Positions 37,693 through 49,770 of a stretch of 64,000 nucleotides of DNA are shown piece by piece. Each line of letters opens with the position of its first letter. The stretch's first letter is position 1. A program made the position numbers and the translations under genes. The stretch is from Haliotis cracherodii (lineage: Eukaryota): positions 27,404,001 to 27,468,000 of the forward strand of contig NW_027266319.1 in assembly GCF_022045235.1 (NCBI RefSeq). Reading direction: 5' to 3'. The notes beneath the pieces were generated by a model that was not told where the DNA came from, made no database searches, and saw only the letters and a program-made list of their open reading frames with translations.

Positions 37693-38108
37693 TTGTTTTA
37701 CATTGTCCCGTCTTGTTTTAGATATAGACTAATATGTTCCCGCCCGTCCTGCCATTGCTGTAATGTTATAGGTATAAAGGAAGCAAGTCTAGATCTCCCA
37801 TCTCACATTTACTTAGTCTGTTTTACCTTGTCCAGTCTTGTTTTAGATATAGACTAAAATGTTCCCTCTCGTCCTGCCATTGCTGTCATGTTATAGGTAT
37901 AAAGGAAGCAAGTCTAGATCTCCCATCTCACATTTACTTTGTCTGTTTTCCATTGTCCAGTCTTGTTTTAGATATAGACTAAAATGTTCCCTCCCGTCCT
38001 GCCATTGCTGTCATGTTATAGGTATAAAGGAAGCAAGTCTAGATCTCCCATCTCACATTTACTTAGTCTGTTTTACATTGTCCAGTCTTGTTTTAGATAT
38101 AGACTATT
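37693..38108. repeat. 125-bp tandem repeat x3.3
   Basis: TCTAGATCTC recurs at 37788, 37913 and 38038. Confidence 0.95.
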
Positions 38109-39119
38109 ATATACCCGTCCGCCCTGCGGACAGTTTTGTTTCAGAACATAACAATTAACACTGCGGCCTTTTTGCTGTTATGTACAGAAAACAACTTCCG
38201 TGCGATACTTTTGGAAGCTACTTTATATATTAAAAATAATTACGCCCTTGATTTGAGAATCAGGATCAAGTCACATAGAACAGTAACTGGGGATTTATCG
38301 TATCTCCGATTATCGCACAATCTCATGAACGGGCAAAACGTAATTGCCCGGATGGTGTCACAGGTTGTCAGTTATCTCCCCTGAACCACCGCCTTGATTC
38401 TTATCCCTGTCTTGTCCAGTGGTCAATGACACATGACCAGACCAGCCGCCAGGACGACCGCCTTCTCTGTGATTCACATCACTACCCTATACTCTCACAC
38501 TAGTCACGGAATCTCGCAGACACATGATGATACTCATGACCACGATAACAAAGCGTATCAAGATGGACGTCACTTAAAGATGGCGGCCACGACGAGGCCG
38601 CTGTTTATCCTTTTGCGTGTTGGTGAATTATGTTTGGTGGCTGGACTATCATTACAGCGAGACATTTGATCGTGCTGATATTGTAGTGGTGAATCATACA
38701 CGATTGGATTTCAAAACACGTATACTTTACCGAGCTGGGGAGTTCGTGCCATGGATATGGTGGTTTACTTTGACAAGCGCAATAAACAACAAACACAACG
38801 TGTAATTGTATCATAAATAAAAACATACATAATTAACGGTTTTAGACGTGAGTTTACTGTTGAAAGTAAGCAGTGTTCGATGAAAATAACAAAGAACTCT
38901 TTAAAGTAGTGCGGATGGTGATGTACATGGATGTGTTTCTCGTCATGGGGGCGGAAGGATAACAACCCGCTTTGATTCTCATGTGGGTATTATTCACGTG
39001 AGGCCCATTTTTAGAGTTCCCAACGTAGCTGGAGAGCGCCTTAAAACACAACTCACTAACCCACTCGTCCGAAAACGACCGTATGAAGCAAGAATTATGG
39101 CGCTAAGTTAAACCGTATA

Positions 39120-39248
39120 TACTGAACCGAAAAAGTTGGAGATCGTGAATATTTTGGGGATATGTTTTTTGGTAGTTAAGACTAACCACACACTTGCATA
39201 AAAATGATGTCCTAAATATTCATGATCCCTAACTTTTCCTGTTCAGTA
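39120..39248. mobile_element. Tc1/mariner-type MITE
   Basis: ~38-bp imperfect TIRs TACTGAAC.G.AAAAGTT.G.GATC.TGAATATTT.GG, flanked by TA. Confidence 0.75.
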
Positions 39249-40444
39249 TATATACTACACATTAATAACAACTTCTGGCCTGCTGATACTAACAAGTCGA
39301 AGGCTATTCAAACCCATTTCCTTACTTATAAATTAGTTGTTGTTTTCCAAATTATTGGTGAAAACCATGTTTAAGTAGTCCACAGGCTCTGCTTGAATAA
39401 GATAAAATATTTACTGTTTACATTTTCTGTCAATTTTATCAGTTCCAATTTGAAGCAAAATTGAAGCATTTAGAACTTGATCAAAATCATAGTTCTCAAA
39501 TGCTCCATGAGGACCACCATCATTTTTACTTGTTCCCAGCACACTTAGTAGTTTCGGGCTAGCGGAATAGCGTGAATTTCAAAGACCTTATTCCCTACTG
39601 TTATCACCATTACGCGTATTGACCAGTAAGCAATGACCGCTTTGTTTTGCACTTGCCATTCACGCATTGACAAAGTATTATGTAAACACTTACATAAATG
39701 TATGGCTAGGCGTACAGCAGTAGTAAGGGACTCCGACAGACACTGCTCAACACTGACAAACATAAACATCAATAGCCTTCACTGCAGGCGACTTAATGCG
39801 ACATCAGCAACCTGTCAGTTAAAAGACGGTCTGTGTCACGTTCGAGGGTCATTGATGTTTTCAAGCACTTCTTCTATCGTCTTTTTTTCTGGTTATGGCT
39901 TGACGTTGCAACAACGCTAGTTATTGCAGACTTGGCTCCCGTTTACGTCGCTCGACGGCCGTGCAGCCCGACAGCGGCTCCAGCGGTTATTATGGTTGTC
40001 GAGACTCAATACAAGCTGTTTAGGTCACGTCGGTAGCGCGCCCTACCGTCGGTAGCGCTGCGTCAACACCAGATTCCTAAATAAATAAATACTACATGAG
40101 CCATACATTTATTGCACTTAGTTTAAAAGAATGTTTGTTTTGTTTGATTTAGCGAAAATCGTAAACATTTGTGCATCCAGGCATCTGGTCAGAACGTGTT
40201 GGTTAATTTTGCATGTTGCCTTACTGGTGTGATTGTATAGATGATAGAGAAGGATGCTTAGTNNNNNNNNNNNNNNNNNNNNNNNNNNNNNNNNNNNNNN
40301 NNNNNNNNNNNNNNNNNNNNNNNNNNNNNNNNNNNNNNNNNNNNNNNNNNNNNNNNNNNNNNNNNNNNNNNNNNNNNNNNNNNNNNNNNNNNNNNNNNNN
40401 NNNNNNNNNNNNNNNNNNNNNNNNNNNNNNNNNNNNNATTAATA

Positions 40445-40640
40445 TGTTTGTTGTTGTTTTTTTGTTTAACGCCGTACTGAGCAATATCCAGCTATATGAC
40501 CGAACAATCCATTGATTGACATCATGAGCGTCGATCTAGGCAATTGGGATACGATGACATGCATCAGCCAACCTGACGCCAAGCTCTTACAGCAAGAATG
40601 GGTTACTGAAGACCAATTCTACCCCTGATCTTCACTGGTC
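40445..40640 (-). mobile_element. Family B copy with internal deletions
   Basis: Minus-strand head CCAGTGAAGATCAGGGGTAGAATTGGTCTTCAGTAACCC plus the shared tail. Confidence 0.85.
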
Positions 40641-40676
40641 CATGATTAGTAAAACAATAGGGTGCCTACAACGTGG

Positions 40677-40780
40677 TAGTCTAGATCAATGGGCTCCTTT
40701 TTATTATATCTTTATTAAGATAACTGAACAACTGTTTTTTATGTACGATATGTTCATTTCAGAGACTAGATTTTAGTCTA
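40677..40780 (-). mobile_element. Academ(H)-type MITE, internally deleted
   Basis: TAG...CTA ends; perfect 9-bp TSD ACAACGTGG at 40668-40676 and 40781-40789; reverse complement matches the 5' part of the 27540 copy. Confidence 0.85.
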
Positions 40781-40817
40781 ACAACGTGGCAGCTATGAAA
40801 TGGTCACTAACAAAAAT

Positions 40818-40887
40818 AGAGGTGAGGTGAAATAGGGTTTAACGTTACGTCCAAGATTGTTGCACTTATATAGCGACGTGCATACAC

Positions 40888-40936
<49 letters not shown>

Positions 40937-41200
40937 TGCGTGCGTGTGTGTATGTGTGTGTGCTTGTACTAGTCCGGACTGATACCGATTTATAGCCCAC
41001 TGAGATACCAAGCCGCAGTTTAATAAGAATGCTCCACTCAGACATACTGACTCCGAACCGACCAGTCCTTGTTTTAGCCCCTTAATGCCAAGTTCCAGAC
41101 AGGGTAACAACAAGTACCATCTTTTAACGTCTTTTGGTATGACGCGGCCGGGGATGGAACCCCGGACCTTCCGCTCTACTACTAGACCACGGAGGCGGTC
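40818..41200 (-). mobile_element. Family D SINE (Meta/MESC-domain-like) with internal (CA)/(CACG) microsatellite
   Basis: tRNA head, then GTCATACCAAAAGACGTTAAAAGATGGTACTTG..GGCATTAAGGG..AGGACTGGTCGGTTCGGAGTCAG, resembling molluscan Meta-SINEs (recalled from memory). Confidence 0.8.
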
Positions 41201-41914
41201 TAACTACAATAGAAACGATGAGAAGGATATAAGCAATGAGAATAATAATATATACTGTCAGAGTCTCTAATGCAGGGATGACTTCATTCTTATTCTCGTG
41301 CTTGTGAATGACTTGAATCAGCCTTGTGAGTACTGCAGACTGTGCGAAAAGCAATATTCGCTCACTCCCAAACCGGTTTTTTATCATGATATTTTGTCCC
41401 CTAAAGATCATTATCCTGGGTTGTCAACAATAGAATATTATGTTTACGTAATTATTCCATGAATCCAATCAGCCAGCCTATCTCTGTCGTTCAGTAGCCA
41501 TGCTGAATCTAACAGTTTCTGTATCACGTAGAACATAACGACGCACGCACACAGCTTCCCCAGAAGGGTCATATAAATGTGGTTTATAGTTGTGAAGAAA
41601 TGAAACCAACACGAACCTTTGTCTACAGGTAGTGTTATGGCAGACCAGCTGTGTCATGTCGATCAGGGCTATACAGAAGTTTCCGGAAACGAACCATGGC
41701 GACATAAATACTACATATATCAGCACTCGGGGGCTGTCATAATGTGCTGTGTGTTTGACCAATACGTGATGTGTTGTTTGTTTGCGGTATTTGTTTGTAG
41801 GTATGGAATACCGATGTTGTGTGTCACACATGTAGATTCTTAACTTACGTGCTCTATGTGGAGAAGGTTGTGTCTTTGGATGAACGTTAGGCGGAGGTTT
41901 TGCACTATTTCACC

Positions 41915-42060
41915 AACACAGTTAAGGTATGGCCATCTTTAATATGATATGATATGATATGATATGATATGATATGATATGATATGACAACACAGTTAAG
42001 GTATGGCCATCTTTAATATGATATGATATGATATGATATGATATGATATGATATGATATA
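41915..42060. repeat. Duplicated ~70-bp unit containing (GATAT)n
   Basis: CAACACAGTTAAGGTATGGCCATCTTTAATAT(GATAT)n occurs twice. Confidence 0.95.
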
Positions 42061-42141
42061 ATAAAGAGGTGAAATTGACTAGTGTACAGTAGCGCATATA
42101 CTTATAAGGAAATGATCATTCGACCTGAATTGCTCTCCGAC

Positions 42142-42432
42142 ATGCTTCAGTTATATCTTCAGGAAGAAGTGATGTTTCAGTTATATATTCAGGGTGAATT
42201 GATGTTTCAGTTATATCTTCAGCAAGAAGTGATGTTTCAGTTTCATCTTCAGGGTGAAGTGATGTTTCAGTTTTATTTCGGGGAGAAGTGATGTTTCAGT
42301 TATATCTTGAGGGAGAAGTGATGTTTCAGTTTTATTTTAGGGAGAAGGGATGTTTCAGTTATATCTTGAGGGAGAAGTGATGTTTCAGTCATATCTTGAG
42401 GGAGAAGTGATCACTTCTCCCTGAAGATAACA
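42142..42432. repeat. 30-bp minisatellite x9 ending in an inverted copy
   Basis: Unit GTGATGTTTCAGTTATATCTTCAGGGAGAA; palindrome at 42399-42422. Confidence 0.93.
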
Positions 42433-43020
42433 CTTAAACATGTACTTCATACTTTGGCTTATAAAATATTTATATATCTATAAAGATGCGCTTTCTTCTG
42501 GTAAACACGATTTACTCTGTCAGAAGGACAACGTTTCAAGTATTTTGAGCTTTGGCCTTCTTAGATGTAATTAACATTTGATTTTAACGACAATACAAGT
42601 CTCATGTTCAGTTCCTGTGCCACTTGATATGCACGCTATTGTGTAGACACGTTAGTCGTGGTGTGATGTGTCCATCGGGGTTTAGAAGACAAAGACAGAC
42701 AACCTCCAGAACGCGCTGCCTTCCCAGGCCACTGAGATATCTGATACAGGGATACAGTGATAGTCGGTGATGTTTGACTTCGTTACCCCTGCTGACTGCA
42801 CCCACTGGATTGTCCTGACCCCCACCAGCCCTCCACGCCCAAGTTAGTCTGATTCTGCACTGATGTACGCCACGTACTATGACGTGTCACTCTCACCATG
42901 AAACCTATTGTGCATCATTCCTTATGTTAAACTCACCTTCCCGCTGCCGGTTTTGAAAGGCCGGGTAGGGGGCACCTCATTTCTTGCACTTCGCAATTAT
43001 CCATTTTCACTTCTGCTACT

Positions 43021-43233
43021 GGTCACGCCAGAACCCTATGATTTTTGGTTCGAATCCCGGTTCGCCCCGATTATGTTTCTAGGTTTGTCAGCACCATACC
43101 CGTGCTCGTGGGTTTCACCGAAGTAACGTATGAGACCTGCATCACTTCGGGCTTTCCTCCACATTAAGCTGACACGCCGTGATATAACTGTAATACTGTT
43201 AAAAGTGGCGCTAAACCAACTCACTCACTCACT
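43021..43233 (+). mobile_element. Family C SINE, 5' truncated
   Basis: Family C consensus; TTCTGCTAC on both sides (43011 and about 43237). Confidence 0.9.
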
Positions 43234-43401
43234 AATTTCTGCTACAGATACCGCCCATCGTTTATGTACTCCATCTCTACCTGACTTCGTTCATCTCAGT
43301 GGTGCATCTCCACCCCGTCAATCATAGGCTCTCATCGCCTTCTACTCCGCTTCCCTCTACCCGTCCCCTCCTACTTCCTACCCAATCCTCCTCCCCGCCT
43401 C

Positions 43402-43671
43402 GGGGGCACGGTTGGCCCAGTCGTCTAAGGCGCCGCGATTCGCTGTGCAGAGTTGCGTCCCTTGGGCACGCCAGAAACCTATGATTGTGGGTTCGAATCC
43501 CGGTTCGCCCCGATTATGTTTCTATGTTTGTCAGCACCATACCCGTGATCGTGGGTCATACAACGTCCGAGACCTGCATCACTTCGGACTTTCCTCCCAC
43601 ATTAAGCTGACACGCCGCGATATAAGTGGAATACTGTTAAAAGCGGCGTTAAACCCAACTCACTCACTCAC
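43402..43671 (+). mobile_element. Family C SINE, full length (family A 3' fragment follows at 43700-43793)
   Basis: GGGGCACGGTTGGCCCAGTCGTCTAAGGCGCC...GTGGGTTCGAATCCC...TTTCCTCCCACATTAAGCTGACACGCC...(ACTC)n. Confidence 0.93.
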
Positions 43672-44285
43672 CCCGCCTCATCCTAGCATCCACCCACATT
43701 GGTAAAATGGGTGAAGCCCATTTCTGGTGTCCCCCGCCGCGATTTTGCTTAAATAGTGTGTTAAAGGCGACGTAAAACCACACTCACTCACTCCTAGCGT
43801 CCTACCACCCCCACCCTATCTTGTGATATTTTCCCCACCCCCAACAACTCCGCCCACCCCTCCCCACCACCCCGGGGCCTCACGTTGCAGGGCCCATGCA
43901 ACTAGCCTCACCTTGTCACATGAGTCATGGGTTAACAACATGCCTGGTCATCATTGATACAACATGAAGCCTTGTTATAGCACGCGGCCCTGTTTGTGCA
44001 ATGAGGCATCAGTTAGACCCAGCCTGACTGCCCAAGCCTGGCTTATTACAAACTAACCCTCCACAGCACGCGCCCGGCACGCGCCTAAGATAGCCACACG
44101 TGTGCTTGAAGCTTTTTTGTGTATGACTATGATCAAAGTGTGTGTGTCACCATCACAAGCTATTTTAGACACTGTTGTCCTTGGCTAAACATTTAGTGAA
44201 GCCGTTTGCTTAAAATATTTTACAAGCTGATTTGTACTGATTGGTTGTATTGTGGTATTGTTTATGCTAAATTGTAACTTTCATT

Positions 44286-44435
44286 TAGTGAAATCTCGTT
44301 AAGTCGAAGATGTATCGAGTTTTCCCTAATTCAAGACAAACGGAAGGTCGGTATTACACCAAACATCGATACGATGATCCCAGGACATACGCTATTTATC
44401 GAATGAAAGGACTTCGACTTAACGAGGTTACATTG
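44286..44435. mobile_element. pogo/Tigger-like MITE
   Basis: TIRs AGTGAAATCTCGTTAAGTCGAAG and CTTCGACTTAACGAGGTTACATTG-TA. Confidence 0.75.
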
Positions 44436-44454
44436 TATGAGACGCCCGGCAGCT

Positions 44455-44662
44455 GAGTGAGTGAGTGAATGGGTGAGTAAGTGAGTGAGTGGGTGGGTGG
44501 GTAAGTGAGTGAGTGGGTTGGTGGGTGGGTGAGTGAGTGAGTGAGTGAGTGGGTTGGGTTTAACGCCGCTTTGAACAGTATTCCAGTTATATCACAACGT
44601 GTTAGCTTGATGTGAGAGAAAAGTCCGAAGTGATACAGGTCTCAAACATTTACCTCTTTCGA
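44455..44662 (-). mobile_element. Family C 3' fragment with long (ACTC)n tail
   Basis: (GAGT)n GGGTTTAACGCCGCTTTGAACAGTATTCCAGTTATATCAC. Confidence 0.88.
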
Positions 44663-47600
44663 GATAATCATATATAAACACAATTCTAATACAGTTAAAC
44701 AATCCAGACAATCGGAAACAGATTTATTGTTTCGTGCTTTGTTTGTGGTCACATGACCAAAACTTACCACACTCGGTGTTTGGGCCTGAAATGTGACGTA
44801 TCACACAATACCAATTTGTCATTGAAAATCCTGAAAAAATCATATTGTTTTTCACAATCTGTTTATAAGCGGCATTGTTTATTTCATTCTGTTGTATTAT
44901 CTGTTGGAATAAACGGCTTAAATATTCATTATTTTTATTCAATTAGATTTAAAATTGCTAACCCCGTTTTGTAATTATCGTAGCCATGAGTTTAAATTAT
45001 TGTTAAACGATACGTTACAAAACCCCATAAAACACACTGATACGAGATTACAAAATTACAACCATTTTTGAAAACAAAGACACATGTTCTCTAATAGAAA
45101 CAGATTCATAAAAAATATGCACTTTTTCACGCCGAAAAAACACACGTACGATAACTGCATTTCAAAACCCATGTCCAGGCCGACAATTTGAGGTATTGTC
45201 GCACGGGCAACACATGCGAGCGTACGGTGTGTGGAATGAAATGAGCGTGTGATGTAATTTAAATGTTGCGCACACAGATGAACTCACGGGGGACAAGATA
45301 GCTAACATGTAGCAGATGGTGGATCTTCAACCCTGGCCAACATCACAGTAATGATTGACGTTAGGCATTGGCAGATAGCACTAGCGTCTCTTGCTCCATT
45401 AAGCCTTGACAACCCTCGTTCCTGTCATGTGTTGGGAATTGACGGATATTTTCCATCATACCGATTTAAAACACCACTCTTTTTTAAGAGCATATGTTAA
45501 TATCATTTTATATTTTTTAATTTGACGAATTTGGTACTTTTATTGAAATCGGTATGGAATTGAGAGATAGAAATGCTCTTAAACAATACGTATTATACAA
45601 AGTAAACGTTTTGTTGGGATGTTGAGACCGCTCACCCCTCTTCACCCCCACCCCTCTTCACCCCCACCCCTCTTCACCCCCACTCCCATAACCCACACCC
45701 ACCCTACATATGCATATGATCAAAGACAGGTATACTACTCAAAATAAGTTAGAGAACTCACGATAATTTGCATATGATTGTATACTATATCCTCCAGCGG
45801 TCAGAATGTGCTCGGATCTGAGCAGAGATTGTGGAGTTTCTAGTTACAAAATGACATCCATTAACAGACTCAGTGCTGGTCCTTATCCAGAGGGGCCTTG
45901 GGATGGTGTATCTTTAAGACAGATAACGGAGATCATATTACCAAGCAAAAATCACTGTGTAACAAAGTATGTAGTTGACTGGTTTGTTTTGCACCATGCA
46001 GCCTTTCCGTTGTAGGGGTGCTTTTAACTTCTTTTGAATAGTATATATAAGACAGCATATCAAGTCAATTGAATGTGTTCAGAACATACATGTTGATATT
46101 CTGTATTTAAGGTATTTAGTATAAGCATGATACAAGCAAGAGGATTGTTAACATTTAGTTTAAAAAATTTGCGAAATTAGTTAAGCTTTTTTAGATGCCT
46201 GAATGTACGATGGACAAACGTGTCTATGCTTGAATTGTCGTGGCAGTTTGGTAGGCAGTGACGTATCTCTCTGGTCCACCAATCAATGGACAGACGAACA
46301 TTAACATAATGTTCAGTTAAAGTATCGCAGCGACACAGCAACACAGCGTATGGCCGTTGATGGAGTCAATAAATGTGCTCAACTTACAAAGTGATTGAAG
46401 CGTCCCTATAGGTACAGACTGGTGGCTCGCAAGGTTCGTTCATACAGAAAACACAAGTACGTCTTTGTGTAAGAGATTGCCTTAATTTATCCAAAGAAAA
46501 TTAAAATCATGTCACATACATTTTTAACAAAATTGAATTATACGGACCAGAAAAGCCGACACATGATTTACGAAAAGGAATTGATACCAACACGTTTAAA
46601 TCAAATATATTCAATTTTGAATTCTATATATCCCCCGCTTTGGCCGCTCTGTCTTTCACACGAGCCCTAACTGTGTTTACCACACCAGATCGTACATCAA
46701 CTCGAAACCACCTCGCCCTGTCAAATCCCACGTGCACAATCCCGCCGTAATGGCTGCTTTACGATAGTTATTAAAGACGTTCTTCCCTCGCTCTTTCGTC
46801 CCAGTTGGATAATTAAAATTTACTGCTCTAAATCGCATAATACTGACATGAATTGATTCCTAAAGCCAAAGGAAATACAGGAAATCGAAACTGGAAAATT
46901 ATCTGATAAAGATCTGATCCCTTTTACACAATTGATCGATGTCACGTGACCATGTAAAGAATGTTAGTTAGCCACAGAATTGAGACACGTATTCTCCTAT
47001 AATGAAAACGTTGACGTGTTTTTAATACGACATATTCGTGACACTTTAATGTTGCCTGATAAAAGACTATTATATTTCAAAACATTGTCATGGGTTTTCG
47101 CTTATCTGAAACTAATTTAATAATTACACGACCTTCATGCAATAAAAGCATATTTAGGACAAAGCGTGCGTTCATAAAACCCCATTTATGGCAGTCATAT
47201 TCAAGTAATTTATTTTCATACTCGTGCTTGATAATTTTAAGACATTTCTTGTTTTAACAATAAACAAAGCCAAAAACGAAGGCAGTGACACGCGGGTTGA
47301 CAACGCCAATTATTTTGCGTTGTATGGCATCAAATTTTCGCACTGTAGGATTAAAAAATATTTTTCAAGACTATTGTTTATGGTTCTCAATCATTCGTAT
47401 GCCCGTTTCTCTGAGAACCGTTCCATTAGCAAAGTGACGCTTATTGCATCGTTATGGTCTAACACATGCTTGACAGAGGACCGTCCTGTTTCCTCGCCGA
47501 AGAAGAATACCGTATAACGAGACCCCCTTGTCTTTATGTTATGGCCGCTGATTGTTAACATAAAACCATAGCAATTATATTCCTTTTTGTTCTCGTTTAA

Positions 47601-48391
47601 AAAATACGCTTTGATTTAAACTAATGACTGTACGGGGTGTGATGAGGTGTGATACTCACCATCGGGGTCGTTGTGCCACGCCCATGCGGAAGCTAAATGT
47701 CAGTCATCGCGCCGTTGTCATTGCCAGATTGCTTGCAGGACCCGAGACCAATAATTTGATAAAAAGTGTAATGGTTCTTTTTTTCCCAACCCAACAATTG
47801 GTTTTGCATTGTCAGTTGAGTCTCTAGACTTCAGTAGCTCCGAGTGATTTGGTTACGCATAATTTAGACACCGAAATTTCCATTCCTCGGATCATTTAAC
47901 GGAGCTGCTTGTCACTCGGCTTTGTTACGAGGCTGACTCATTTCTGAAGATTTCTACCAGTTCAATTCAATCCTTATTCATATTTTATGACATTACATAA
48001 TACCATTTCTTCCAAACCGTGCTAAACTACGTTGATTAATATTCTTGAGATGTATTTTCACAATGGAGAGTTAATGCGCTCTCTTATTGTATTCACGAGC
48101 ATGTCCAAGTGCTCTCTCACATTCTTGACCATGTATGTTCATTTGGATGACGTCTATAGGTAACCACATTGATGCTTTATTAATATTTCAATGGCAATTA
48201 ATGACTTGCTTCTTTAATGTTTGATCAGAAATTACCGTGACTCATCTGTGAGAAACGGTGTTTTCCAGTTAGAAACATGGCAGTGTTGTTTGCACCATGC
48301 CAATTCCTCAACGGGCACGTTTTCTACGTCTGCGACTATCGAATTGATAACTACCGGGTACCCGTTACAACAACAACAACAATAATAATAA

Positions 48392-48890
48392 GTTCAACAT
48401 GAATACCCCACTCCGACACTGTATACTTGGGGCACGGGGGGCCCAGTCGTCTAAGCCGCCGCAATTCGCTGTGCAGAGTTACGTCCTTTGGGCACGCCAG
48501 AAACCTATGATTGTGGTTTCGAATCCCGGTTCGCCCCGATTATGTTTCTAGGTTTGTCATCACCATACCCGTGCTTGTGGGTTTTACCGGTGGTAAACTT
48601 CTGAGACCTGCATCACTTCAGGCTTTCTTCCTTATCAAGCTGACACGCCGTGATATAAATGGAATACTGTTAAACCCAACTCACTCACTCACTCACTCAC
48701 TCACTCACTCACTCACTCACTCACTCACTCACACAGTATACAGACTCCGAGATGACCAGTACCCTTAATGACGAGCGCCAGGCAGGGTAACTCTAAGTAC
48801 CATCTTGAGGAATGACGTGACCGGGCATCGAACCCCGACCTTCCGATATCCAGGCAGATGCACTCTCCGCACTATACCACAGGGGCGGTC
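48392..48890 (-). mobile_element. Family D SINE interrupted by a full-length + strand family C SINE (48428-48731)
   Basis: Family D sequence on both sides; TSD CAC(T/A)GTATAC flanks the family C insert. Confidence 0.85.
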
Positions 48891-48984
48891 TTATCAAAAG
48901 TTTAACGAACATCAAATATAATTGGTATTCTTTGGCAGAATTTGTCCTCGATTGCTTGACGTGTCAGCTTACTTGGCCTGAGAT

Positions 48985-49770
48985 CGGTCACTCTTGATGA
49001 AGATACCACTTTCGTGGATCGGTTGCTCACACTGACCTCTTGATGCAGATACAATTTTGGTGGATCGGTTGCTCACACTGACCTCTTGATGTAGATACAA
49101 TTTTGGTGGATCGGTTGCTCACACTGACCTCTTGATGTAGATACAATTTTGGTGGATCGGTTGCTCACACTGACCTCTTGATGTAGATACAATTTTGGTG
49201 GATCGGTTGCTCACACTGACCTCTTGATGTAGATACAATTTTGGTGGATCGGTTGCTCACACTGACCTCTTGATGTAGATACAATTTTGGTGGATCGGTT
49301 GGTCACTATGGACCTCTTGATGTAGATACCATTTTGGTGAATCGGTTGGTCACTATGGACCTCTTGATGTAGATACAATTTTGGTGGATCGGTTGGTCAC
49401 TATGGACCTCTTGATGTAGATACAATTTTGGTGGATCGGTTGGTCACTATGGACCTCTTGATGTAGATACAATTTTGGTGGATCGGTTGGTCACTATGGA
49501 CCTCTTGATGTAGATACCATTTTGGTGGATCGGTTGGTCACTATGGACCTCTTGATGTAGATACAATTTTGGTGGATCGATTGGTCACTATGGACCTCTT
49601 GATGTAGATACAATTTTGGTGGATCGGTTGGTCACTATGGACCTCTTGATGTAGATACAATTTTGGTGGATCGGTTGTTCAGACTGACCTCTTGGTGTAG
49701 ATACCATTTTGGTGGATCGGTTGGTCACACTGACCTCTTGGTGTTGAGTCCACTTTGGTGCATCAGTTAA
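48985..49770. repeat. 46/47-bp minisatellite, about 17 copies
   Basis: Unit GACCTCTTGATGTAGATACAATTTTGGTGGATCGGTTG(CTCACACT|GTCACTATG). Confidence 0.97.

Noticed and set aside
38575-38628. YY1-like AAGATGGCGGC with ATG and a possible phase-1 donor G|GTGAAT
   Set aside because: Weak donor and no other support; worth checking only against RNA-seq.
42142-42410. Minus strand of the 30-bp unit reads CTGAAGA-TATAACT-GAAACATC, like tandem hammerheads
   Set aside because: No stem II pairing, no stem I, and stem III is mismatched; the core words alone are insufficient.
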